Made by a program: the position numbers and the translations under genes
In this document: in pieces, positions 28,966 through 38,600 of the stretch
Numbering within the stretch: position 1 is the stretch's first letter
Layout of the letters: each line of letters starts with the position of its first letter
Notes under the pieces: generated by a model
The model's database searches: none
The model's input: the letters and a program-made list of their open reading frames with translations, nothing else
What the model was told of the DNA's origin: nothing
Source of the DNA: an uncultured Candidatus Micrarchaeota archaeon
GTDB lineage: Archaea; Micrarchaeota; Micrarchaeia; Micrarchaeales; Micrarchaeaceae
Assembly: GCA_963741095.1 (NCBI GenBank)
Contig: CAVUGN010000002.1
Coordinates: 1-64,000, forward strand
Reading direction: 5' to 3'
Length of the DNA stretch: 64,000 nucleotides

Positions 28966-29838
28966 ATGGTGATTGATCCACTGGTCGTTCTGAGCCTGGT
29001 CTTCGGCCTGGCGACGATGGTAGCTTATGGCATCCAGAGCTACATGGCCTCGGTGCTGACAAAGAAGGACAACGCGATAAGGATAATATTCTGGTATTAC
29101 CTCTTCAGCAGCATTCTTCTTGCGGTCATTGCTCTCCTGTTCTTCAGTCTGCCGCAGCTTTCTTTGTTTGATGACCTTGCGTTCGTTGTGCTGTCGGTCA
29201 TAAGCGTGACCGCCTTCCTCGCTTTTTACAAAGGCGTCCATGTCGGCAAGGTCTCCGTTATAGCGCCGATATCCAATTCCTGGTCTGCGATAGCGGTCCT
29301 GGTCGGCATCCTCTTCCTGAAAGAGTCGATAACTCCCTTCCTCGGAATAGGGATCGCCTTGACCATACTTGGGACGATATTGACCTCGTTGAGGCTGAAG
29401 GATCTTGAGGAGTTGAATTTCAAGGGGCTTGTGCCCGGAGCGAAGTACGCCTTCGCCACCATGCTGGGCTGGGGCACGCTCTACACCTCGATAGGCATAC
29501 TATCCAAGCAGCTGGGATGGTTCTGGCCGATAATGATAATAACGGTCGGCAGCACCATTGTCGTGTTCATTTTCTCGCTCTTCGGCAAGGTGAAGATGTC
29601 TTATCCTGCCAAGCTGACGGGCCTCATGCCCCTGTACGTCATAGTCGGGACTGCAGGTTTCCTGTTCTACAGCCTTGGCACCAACATGGGTTATGTGTCC
29701 GTGGTCGGCCCGTTGGCCGCTGCGGCGCCTTTCATCACCATCGTCCTTGCACGGGTGCTGACAAAGGAGAGGCTGGACCCGCACCAGATCGTCGGTATAG
29801 CATGCATATTGTTGGGAATCATAATTCTTGCGCTATGA
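28966..29838 (+). CDS. EamA/DMT family transporter
   Basis: About 10 TM; two repeats (GKVSVIAPI..LFLKE and VSVVGPL..LTKERL). Confidence 0.9.
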   Translation: MVIDPLVVLSLVFGLATMVAYGIQSYMASVLTKKDNAIRIIFWYYLFSSILLAVIALLFFSLPQLSLFDDLAFVVLSVISVTAFLAFYKGVHVGKVSVIAPISNSWSAIAVLVGILFLKESITPFLGIGIALTILGTILTSLRLKDLEELNFKGLVPGAKYAFATMLGWGTLYTSIGILSKQLGWFWPIMIITVGSTIVVFIFSLFGKVKMSYPAKLTGLMPLYVIVGTAGFLFYSLGTNMGYVSVVGPLAAAAPFITIVLARVLTKERLDPHQIVGIACILLGIIILAL

Positions 29839-29907
29839 TGACAGAACCGGAAAATGCGCCACGGAAGGCATAAGTATTAGGACAATTTCATAGGACTTGG
29901 TTGTTTT

Positions 29908-31050
29908 ATGGAGGTAGGGAAAAACACGTCATTCAATAACACGGACGCTAATGCTTTGATGCGCAGGGAGCCCTACGACCCGATGAAACCTTTCAACGAG
30001 CAGGTGAAGACGCTCATCGCTTCCACCCATCGCGGTGGCTGGCCGATGGTGGTAAATCCTTTAGGCAAACGCTTTGTCGTGGCCAGGGATCCGGAGTACT
30101 GGAAGAATTATACCGAGATGTCCTGCGCAGACGGGATGGGAACGAAAGGCCTGCTGCACTGGCTGATGAGGACCGAGCAGTACGGCGTGCGCGACGCCTT
30201 CGCAATGGTTGTCGACGATCTTATTGAAAGCGGGCACATTCCGACGTACCTGTTGGATCACATACAGATGCAGGAGGAGGACAGGGGCCGGATACTCAAG
30301 ATAGTCAGAGAGCTTACCGATCTTGCGATAGGCAACCCCTGGCAGACCGAAGCTGGAAGAAGGCGCCCGATGATAATTCTCGGCGGAGAGACCGCGATAA
30401 CCAACACGTTACAGGGTTTTGAGCTCGGCATAGTTGGAACGGGCTTCGCGAAGAGGGGACGCGAGATACGCGCAAGCATAAAGGAGGGCGATCTTATAGT
30501 AGGGATTTGGAGCAATGGGATCCATTCGAACGGGTTGAGCTTTTTGAGGCAGGTGTTCAACGAAAAGGTTCACATGGCCTTGGAAGACAGGCTTCCTTGG
30601 GGCAGGACGCTGGGCGATGAATTGACCGCCCCCACATTCATCTATCTGCCCGCGATAAAGGAGCTCATTGGGCGCATGGATGCCGAAGCCGGATTGGCAA
30701 ACAGGGCGATACACGGCATGGTCCACATAACCGGTGGCGGGCTCGGAAAATTGAGGGAACTGCTTCCCGTATCGAAGGACCTTGACATAAACGTCAATGA
30801 GGACCACACTCTGCCGGTGCGGAGCCTCTTCGAGTATGTGAAAAACGAATTTAACATACCTTCAGAGAGCATGTACAAGCGCTTCAACAACGGAATAGGG
30901 TACGTGGTAGCAATGGATCCTAGGTATGTGCATGATGCCATCAGGACCATAGAGAACCGCTTCAGGGCGGATGTGATAGGCAAGGTGGTCAAAGGCAGCG
31001 GCAAAATCCACATAGAATCGGCGTACGAGAAAAAGACCGTTGAATACTAA
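29908..31050 (+). CDS. purM: AIR synthase (PurM)-family protein
   Basis: ADGMGTK, AMVVDDL, GGETA, SNGIHSNG, HITGGG, FNNGIG. Confidence 0.8.
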   Translation: MEVGKNTSFNNTDANALMRREPYDPMKPFNEQVKTLIASTHRGGWPMVVNPLGKRFVVARDPEYWKNYTEMSCADGMGTKGLLHWLMRTEQYGVRDAFAMVVDDLIESGHIPTYLLDHIQMQEEDRGRILKIVRELTDLAIGNPWQTEAGRRRPMIILGGETAITNTLQGFELGIVGTGFAKRGREIRASIKEGDLIVGIWSNGIHSNGLSFLRQVFNEKVHMALEDRLPWGRTLGDELTAPTFIYLPAIKELIGRMDAEAGLANRAIHGMVHITGGGLGKLRELLPVSKDLDINVNEDHTLPVRSLFEYVKNEFNIPSESMYKRFNNGIGYVVAMDPRYVHDAIRTIENRFRADVIGKVVKGSGKIHIESAYEKKTVEY

Positions 31051-31133
31051 ATGCCGGCTTATGTCGGATTGCTCTGCGCCGACATACGTTTTTATTACTT
31101 TACTGCGAAATAGACTATACTTATCGTGGGTAT

Positions 31134-31877
31134 ATGTTCGAGCTAAAAATAGACGATGCAAAGTACTGGAAGAGCAGCGTGGATTCAATAGTCAGTCTTA
31201 TAGATGAGGGCACTTTCAGCATAACAAAAGAGGGGATATCGCTCAAGGCGATGGACCCGTCAGGAATAAGCATGATCTCTTTCTTCATGCCGAACAAGGC
31301 ATTCTCGAAGTATGAGGTGGACAAGCCGGCCACCGTTGGCTTGAACATCGCGAACCTCAGCAAGATACTCGCGAGCTCGAGGGCGAGCGAGCAGCTGGTC
31401 ATGAAGGACCACGACAACAAGTTCGCGATGGAGTTCGTCGGCCAGAACAGCAGACGAAGGTACAAGCTGCCCATGATCGAGATAAAGAAGGATGCCGACA
31501 AGGAGCCGAAGATCGAATTCGATTCTACCGTAGAGGTCAAGTCCGATTCGCTCAAGGAGATACTCAAGGACGCTAGCCTGCTGTCCACTTACATAGGATT
31601 CAAGGCGGACAAGGAGTCGTTTGTCGTTATGGCGAAGGGCGATGCCGGAGAGCTCGAGGAGGAGCACATGAACAACGCTGATGTCATAAAGAAGATGACC
31701 GTGACGAAGAGCTCGTCCGCGACCTTCAACCTCGACTACATGGAGAGGATGATCAGCGCCTGCCCGTCCAACTCGAACATAATGCTTTCGCTCAAGAGCA
31801 AGGAGCCGGTCAAGATTGACTACAAGATAGGCGAGGCGTCTGTTGCATACTTTTTGGCTCCGTACATGGAGAGTTGA
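31134..31877 (+). CDS. pcn: DNA polymerase sliding clamp PCNA
   Basis: LIDEGTF..GISLKAMDPS...YFLAPY. Confidence 0.95.
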   Translation: MFELKIDDAKYWKSSVDSIVSLIDEGTFSITKEGISLKAMDPSGISMISFFMPNKAFSKYEVDKPATVGLNIANLSKILASSRASEQLVMKDHDNKFAMEFVGQNSRRRYKLPMIEIKKDADKEPKIEFDSTVEVKSDSLKEILKDASLLSTYIGFKADKESFVVMAKGDAGELEEEHMNNADVIKKMTVTKSSSATFNLDYMERMISACPSNSNIMLSLKSKEPVKIDYKIGEASVAYFLAPYMES

Positions 31878-31888
31878 TTGGTGCGTAG

Positions 31889-32410
31889 ATGAAGCTGTTG
31901 ATCTTCATAACCCCGCATGAGTTCCGTGACGAGTCGCTGTCAACGGTTAGGCTTTTCCTGGACAAGTGGAACATAGGGTACACGATAAGCAGCTACAGCA
32001 ACAAGGACTGCGTCGGAAGCCACGGCCAGGTCTGCAAGGTGGACATGAACACCGGCAAGGCGAAGGTCGAGGATTATGACGGGATCATACTCATAGACGG
32101 CAAGGGCATCGACGCCTACAAGATCTACGACTTCCGCCCGTTGCTCGATCTGCTTACGAAGTTCAACGATGGCAAGAAGGCGATCATCGCGATCGAGAAT
32201 GCCCTGAAAATACCGGCAAGGGCGAACATAATCAAGGGCAGGAAGATAGCAATGCCCGACGACGAGGAATCGAAGAGGCTCGTCCAATTGTTCCACGGCC
32301 TGGCGTCCGAGGAGAAGATGGAGATCTCGGGCAACATCATATCGGTGCGCGACCACACGGACCTGGAAAGCTCCATGCAGAAGATAGTGGACCGGCTAGG
32401 TGTGTCCTAA
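31889..32410 (+). CDS. DJ-1/PfpI family protein (nucleophile Cys apparently absent)
   Basis: FRDE, DYDGIILIDGKG; IIAIEN where IAAIC is usual. Confidence 0.75.
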   Translation: MKLLIFITPHEFRDESLSTVRLFLDKWNIGYTISSYSNKDCVGSHGQVCKVDMNTGKAKVEDYDGIILIDGKGIDAYKIYDFRPLLDLLTKFNDGKKAIIAIENALKIPARANIIKGRKIAMPDDEESKRLVQLFHGLASEEKMEISGNIISVRDHTDLESSMQKIVDRLGVS

Positions 32411-32414
32411 TTCT

Positions 32415-32747
32415 ATGGAGCGCGGAAGGCTTATCAGGGAGATAGCCGCTGAGCGGATACGGATACTCTACGACCTTGCCGTAGCCAGGGCCGGAAAGGA
32501 CGTCGCGCTTTCGACCGAGTATGTGAAGACGCTGAGAAGGATGAGCGCACACTACAAGGTCGGCATTCCCGAAGATATCAAGGACAGGATATGCAAGAGG
32601 TGCAACCTTGTCCTGATACCGGGACTGACGGCCGGAGTCAGGCTCGCCAGCAGCAAAGGCTATGTTGTCTACTCTTGCAACAGGTGCAGGGGGGAGAACC
32701 ATATATTCTACAAGCCCGTACGGGCCGCACGGATTGCGCGCAACTGA
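32415..32747 (+). CDS. rnp4: Ribonuclease P protein component 4 (Rpp21)
   Basis: IAAERIRIL...ICKRC...LIPG...CNRC. Confidence 0.9.
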   Translation: MERGRLIREIAAERIRILYDLAVARAGKDVALSTEYVKTLRRMSAHYKVGIPEDIKDRICKRCNLVLIPGLTAGVRLASSKGYVVYSCNRCRGENHIFYKPVRAARIARN

Positions 32748-32807
32748 GAAAAGTTAATAGCATTGCTCTTGAATACCTAAATCAGGCGCAGTCGTGAGAG
32801 TGTCGAT

Positions 32808-34796
32808 ATGAAATTGAACCTGTTCGCTCTTGTCGTGCTTTTGCTGTTGTCGTGCCAGTTTTCGGCGTTTTCCCACGCCAGCAGCAACGTAGTGACCGCA
32901 AACGTCATCGTGATCTGCCCGTTCTCCCTGACTGCCAATGTCCTGCCGGCCTATGCGATCGGCAACACGATAAACCTGAATTACACCCTGTTCACGCAGG
33001 CCCAATGCAGCATACCCACCCTGCAGGGCAGCTTTGCATTGGAGTACAGCGGCAACAACGTGCAGGTGCTGTACGATTCGCTGACTTCGACGGCCACGCA
33101 GACGCCGCTGCTGTACAACATTCCACCGATAAATTCGATGACCCTGGCGCGCGACAGCTACAAGGCCGTGTTCGATTTCTCTGCCTACGGCACCAGCAAC
33201 CAGAGCGTGCAGAGCTTCGTCCTGGTCAGCCAGTCCAACATCATAATAACGAACTTCACGGTCAGCCCAAGCTCAGTCAGTGTCGGCTCCCCGCTGACCT
33301 TCACGGTCAACGTCCTGAACGACGGAGAGCTCGCATCAGGGCCGATAGGCATGAACATAATCATAACCGGGCCGCAGAGCTTCACGGTGACCGAGTCGGC
33401 TAGCCCTCTCTCGCCGGGCCAGAGCGAGATCCTGACGTTCGTGCTGAGCAACGTTACCGGAGCTGCGGGAGACTACTCTGCGAGCACGTACGCGACGTTC
33501 ATCTACAACAACGCCGCCATAGAGTCCAATCTGTTGAACGCTGCATACACGGTTACGCAGCAGCCCGCGCCGTCACAGGGCGCGCCACCCTCGCCGACAT
33601 CGGTCATCACGGTCATACCGAAACTCCAGTTCACGCAGGTGCCCTTCTACTCCTCGCTCGCGCTGGGCTCGATAGAAGTAACATCGCTGGGACTTCAGGA
33701 CCTGGCGAATGGGAACATAACCGTCAGTCTCGGAGTGCCGCTGGCGTTCGACAACATATTCGACGTCTCGGCTCACAGCATTTACCTTGTTCCCAGCGAG
33801 AGCGTGTTTGTGCAGCTGGTCTTCGATTCCAGCCACGTGAGCGCGCCCGGCACGTACGTGGTGCCCTTGAACGTGAGCGTGAGCGCGGCGAACAGCGTGA
33901 CGGTGGGCACCACCCAGTACCTGACTTACATAGTGTCGAAGAATTCCAGCAGCGTGAGCATGTACAGCCAGATACAGACCGCGCGCAGCAATGCGACAGT
34001 GACCACCTCGATCATCGGCGCAAGGAACCACAGCCTGACGAACGCCACGCTGGTCACCATGCTGCCGCTCTCCGTGGTCAGCAACGCCTCGCAGATAAAG
34101 ACTTATGGATTGCCGGCGACGATAACCTTCGGTACCGGCGGCCCCCAGATAAACTGGCTGGTTCCATACCTGCCGCCGGGCAAGGGCATAACGCTTTCGT
34201 ACACCATAAACAACGCGCAGAACGTCGGGCTGCTCTCCGCGGTGCAGACTCTTCTGGTCGTGCAGTCACAGCCCACGCCCACCAGCATACTGAAGGTCGT
34301 CAGCATACAGACGCCGACATTCTACGCAAACACGCTGAACAAGGTATCCGTTGGGGTGCTGTACACCGGGACAACCATGCAGGGCGTGAGGTTCACCCTT
34401 ACGACTCCCGGCACTGCGACAGTGCTCAATCCGATTCAATTGGTGAATGCAAGCCCGAACCAGCTGCTGCAAGAGACCTTCAACATCAGAACGGAGAATG
34501 CGACCGGCACTTTGCTGCTGAATCTTGGCATAGAAGCACAGAACGCGAGCATCAACTACACGCTGCCGGTGATCGTAATGCAGAAATTCACCCCGACGAC
34601 GAGCACGATACCGCAGGTGACCACGACCCCGATAAACGTTGCGAAGTACGTGCCGTGGGCTGTTGGGGCCGCAGTCGTGGTCGCGGCCGCATACCTGGTC
34701 CGCGGCATAAGAAGAAGGCCGAGATACCAGCCTGGAAGAGCAAAGGAATTAATAAGGATTAGAGAGCAAATAAAGCGCAGCGATGAGCATGCCTAA
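32808..34796 (+). CDS. Secreted multi-Ig (CARDB-like) protein with C-terminal TM anchor and N-terminal donor-strand-like segment
   Basis: Signal peptide; mature start SSNVVTANVIVIC; TM followed by basic tail. Confidence 0.75.
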   Translation: MKLNLFALVVLLLLSCQFSAFSHASSNVVTANVIVICPFSLTANVLPAYAIGNTINLNYTLFTQAQCSIPTLQGSFALEYSGNNVQVLYDSLTSTATQTPLLYNIPPINSMTLARDSYKAVFDFSAYGTSNQSVQSFVLVSQSNIIITNFTVSPSSVSVGSPLTFTVNVLNDGELASGPIGMNIIITGPQSFTVTESASPLSPGQSEILTFVLSNVTGAAGDYSASTYATFIYNNAAIESNLLNAAYTVTQQPAPSQGAPPSPTSVITVIPKLQFTQVPFYSSLALGSIEVTSLGLQDLANGNITVSLGVPLAFDNIFDVSAHSIYLVPSESVFVQLVFDSSHVSAPGTYVVPLNVSVSAANSVTVGTTQYLTYIVSKNSSSVSMYSQIQTARSNATVTTSIIGARNHSLTNATLVTMLPLSVVSNASQIKTYGLPATITFGTGGPQINWLVPYLPPGKGITLSYTINNAQNVGLLSAVQTLLVVQSQPTPTSILKVVSIQTPTFYANTLNKVSVGVLYTGTTMQGVRFTLTTPGTATVLNPIQLVNASPNQLLQETFNIRTENATGTLLLNLGIEAQNASINYTLPVIVMQKFTPTTSTIPQVTTTPINVAKYVPWAVGAAVVVAAAYLVRGIRRRPRYQPGRAKELIRIREQIKRSDEHA

Positions 34797-35595
34797 GCCT
34801 TACAGCATAATAGTTTCATCGCAGAAGGGTGGAGTCGGCAAGACGACCATCTCGGTCAACCTTTCAACAGCGTTGGGGCAGAGTGGGTACAAGGTATTGT
34901 TGGTTGATGCTGATTATTCCAATCCGTGCGTCGGCTTCCATCTCGGCCTCGAGAACGCGAATGCCGGCCTGAGGGCAGTTGTCACCGGCAGGGCGAAACT
35001 CGAGAATGTGGTTGTCCTGCACAACCCCACAGGACTGCACGTGCTCACCGGGGAGATAACCGCGAAACCGTTCCATCCCAGCGCGTCCCAGCAGAAATAT
35101 CTCCGCGAGAGCCTGGAAAAAAGCGGTTATGATTTCGTGATAATAGACATGCCGCCTGGCGCGGAGGATCTTGAGGAGGTAGAGGCCTTTTGCTGCGAGA
35201 ACAGCCGACAGGTCATAATCGTCCTGACTCCGGAGATGTCCGCATGCTCGAGCGCGATAAGGCTTGCGCAGATCTACGAGAAGCAGCACATACTCCACAA
35301 CATGGTCGCCAACAGGGTCAAGAACAAGGCCTACGAGTTGAGCGTCAGTGAGATAGAGGACGCGGTGGGAGAAGGATTGATGGGTGTCTTGCCGGAAGAC
35401 GAGAACGTCCCGATAAGCATAGCGCAGCACATACCTGTTCTGCTGTTGAAGAACCGGTCCGGCTTTTCCGGAGCGATAAAGAGCCTTGCCAGAAGGGCAT
35501 CGAACCGCGTAGGCTACGAACCGGGCGAGGAAAGGTACGTGCCGCATAGGGGCGGAGGCTTCTTCGCGTGGCTGATGCGGCTGTTCGGCAGATAA
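34783..35595 (+). CDS. MinD/ParA family ATPase with membrane-targeting C-terminal helix
   Basis: QKGGVGKTT deviant Walker A, VDAD, DFVIIDMPPG, GFFAWLMRLFG. Confidence 0.9.
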   Translation: MSMPKPYSIIVSSQKGGVGKTTISVNLSTALGQSGYKVLLVDADYSNPCVGFHLGLENANAGLRAVVTGRAKLENVVVLHNPTGLHVLTGEITAKPFHPSASQQKYLRESLEKSGYDFVIIDMPPGAEDLEEVEAFCCENSRQVIIVLTPEMSACSSAIRLAQIYEKQHILHNMVANRVKNKAYELSVSEIEDAVGEGLMGVLPEDENVPISIAQHIPVLLLKNRSGFSGAIKSLARRASNRVGYEPGEERYVPHRGGGFFAWLMRLFGR

Positions 35596-35659
35596 ACCAC
35601 AGCCGGACAATCTGCGCAAATTATTTAATGCTGAAGTGGGATAAGGTAGCGACCCGATT

Positions 35660-38600
35660 ATGGAGAGGAAGGCGACCCTGCTCTGTGCGCTGCTGGCAGC
35701 AGTACTGCTTAGCATAGGCATTTCCGCGCAGGGGAACGTCACCTCGTCGCTCAACACGACGTCGGCTGCGACTTCCGTAAATCTTACGATGAGCAACGAT
35801 CCGGTGGCTTACGGGGAGACCCAGGTGCTCACCGCCGCGCTGCTGGGCGGCGCCGGTCCGTTCATCTACAATTTCCTCGTCTACAACGCGTCGGGAGTGC
35901 TCGAGGCCAGCGTGCTGACGCCCTACATATCGCCCTCGAATTATTCCTTCCCCGTCCTGCAGCAGGCCGCGTGGGGCTTCGGGGTGTTCACCGCCAACGT
36001 CGTGGCCATAGACAGCGCTTATCCCGGCATTCCCGTTGCCAATTCCATACTCTATGTGGTGCAGTCCACCACGACGACATCGACAGCCTCTTCCACCTCT
36101 TCCTCCGCATCAACTTCCACATCCACTTCTTCGACGGTGTCGTTGGCGACATTGCCCGGCAACGCGATGAACGCGACGAATTCCATATCGCCGACAATGC
36201 CGCACAACGTGATTTCGGTGGGGACAGGCGCGAAAGCCACGCTTGCATATCAGAATGGCGGAAACAAGGGTATGGTGATGATTCAGGGCAACGCGATAAG
36301 GCTGGCCGCAAGCAGGTCGGTGCTGAGAGAGGTTGATGTGGGGCTGGCAGCAACAAATCTCACAGTTAACGTCAGCATAACCAACCAGTCGCAGGTTCCG
36401 GTTAGCTTCGCCCAGCCAGCAGCTTCGGTGTACCAGTTCGTGCAGATAAACGGCAGCATAGCCAATAGCGTTAGTACCGACATAGACCAGTACATCACCA
36501 GCGTGACCTACAACTTTACCGTCCCTTCCGCTTGGATTGGCAGCATGGGGACTAACGCCGCGAGCATATTGCTCTTCAAGTACTCGCCTTCTTTGCAGAC
36601 CTGGAATCCGCTTACAACGACTCTGATAGGTTCGAATCAAACGTCTTATTTCTATTCCGCAACATCAAACTCATTCTCGGCTTATGTTGTTGGCTTTGTG
36701 ACAGGCAGCGGTTCGGCGACGGCAAACACCGTGTCAAACACAATAGTCACTGGAGGATACGCCTATGCGACTTATTTCTGGGGCGGAGCGATATCGACAG
36801 TGGGTAGAAATTCGATCGGTGCCACAGCTACCACATCGAGTTGGACCGTTGACGGCAACTATCTTGTCAGAAGCACGACTGCCTCAGCCACGTCGAACTT
36901 CAACACGGTTGTGATAGGGCACAATTCGCTAAACTCGGCAGCATTCACGACGAATTTCATAAAATCCGCAAACGGCAACGTCGTGAATGCGATAATAGCG
37001 GGCATAGGGGCGAACGTGATATTTGCGAATGGCAAAGCGTATTCGTCTAACGGCGTGGGCACAGCTGCTACAGTCCTTACTTTCAACGCTGCGGCCAACA
37101 GTTTTATTGTGCTTGTTTATGCTTCTGCCGGAACAGTCATGAGCGCTTTTTCAACAAATGCGCCCGGAAGTTCTCTCGCGGTAAATGTCGTAAGTGCGTC
37201 CGGTTCCGTAGACCAAGTTGCAATACAAACCGTCAATTCGCTGACTTCTGCGGTCGGTAGCTTTAATGCTGTGATAAGCACGGCCACTTCAGCATCAAAG
37301 AGCATGGTAGCGTATGTCTTCCCACCCTACGCGGTGAACCTTGTCGATAATCCGGCAACCGGAAGCATAATGACCAGCAACATGGTCGGCGGACCCAACA
37401 CTTATGCGAGCGGCCAGACGATAAACGTGATAGGCACGCAGAGCATAAACGCCATAGTGCCGACAGGCTACCGCTTCGCCAGCTGGACCGTAAGCAGCTC
37501 GGCCAACCTCATAGTCACGAGCACAAGCACGCAAAACACCTTCCTCACCGTGGAGGGCAACGGCATTCTCACGGCCAACTTCGCGCCTCCGACCGTAGCG
37601 ATAACTTCAGGACCGACCAACGCGATAGCTGATGTGGGGCAGTATGAATATTTCACTGCCACCGTAACGAACGGCAATGGACAGCCATACACCTACAACT
37701 GGATAGCTAGTAACGCGGTGTCAGGTGCGCTGATAGGCGGAGCAAACATGCTCTTCACGAGCTGCACCCTCGCGACCAACGCCCTTGGCTGGATAGTCGG
37801 CGCGAACGAGCCGACCAACTCGCCGGTAGCATGGAACGTGATAGTGACGGATACCTTGGTGACGTACAATTCTGTTGATTCCGGAGGCTACGGCGCCAAC
37901 ACGGCACTTGCTGCAGGCCTTCTCACGGAATCGAACACGGTGATAGACAACACCCAGTATTCGCTGCTCACTGCCAACCCTTCCGGAGGCAGCATGGGCG
38001 CGGGCTCTTCGTACAACTGGTTTGCCAACACTGTTGGAAACCCCAATTGCAACAGCGCGAACGTCGTGGGAGGCCAGACCTTAAAAACTTATCTGGCGAA
38101 CCCCAGTTCGACCACCTACTACTCGTACAACGTCATCGACTCGGCCAGCACGAAGACCACCGTGTGCAATCTGGCGGGGAACAGCATAACCGTCCAGTCG
38201 ACGCCCTCGGTGTCGACCCCGGTGCCTTCGAATGTCCTATTGGACTCGGGGCAGATGGTTGTCTACAACACGATACTCACAAGCCCGAGCGGCGGCTCGT
38301 CGTTCACGGTCAACCTCGTCAACATGGGTTCGGCGGGCTTGGCAAGCTCGCTTACGGGCCAGAGCGCAGGAACATTGGTCTTCGTGGCAAACACGCCGGC
38401 AGTGGGGACAGACACCTTCGAGGTGGTCGCAGCCGACGGCAGCACGACAAGCCCGTTCGTTTTCACCTCTGGCGTAAACACGATTGTGGTCAACACGGCG
38501 ATGAACCCGCAGCTGAGCAGCACGCCTGCATTGCCGGCAACTTTGAACACCGGCCAGACAATAACCTTCAACGCGCAGGTGGGCCCTCTGGCAATGGGAG

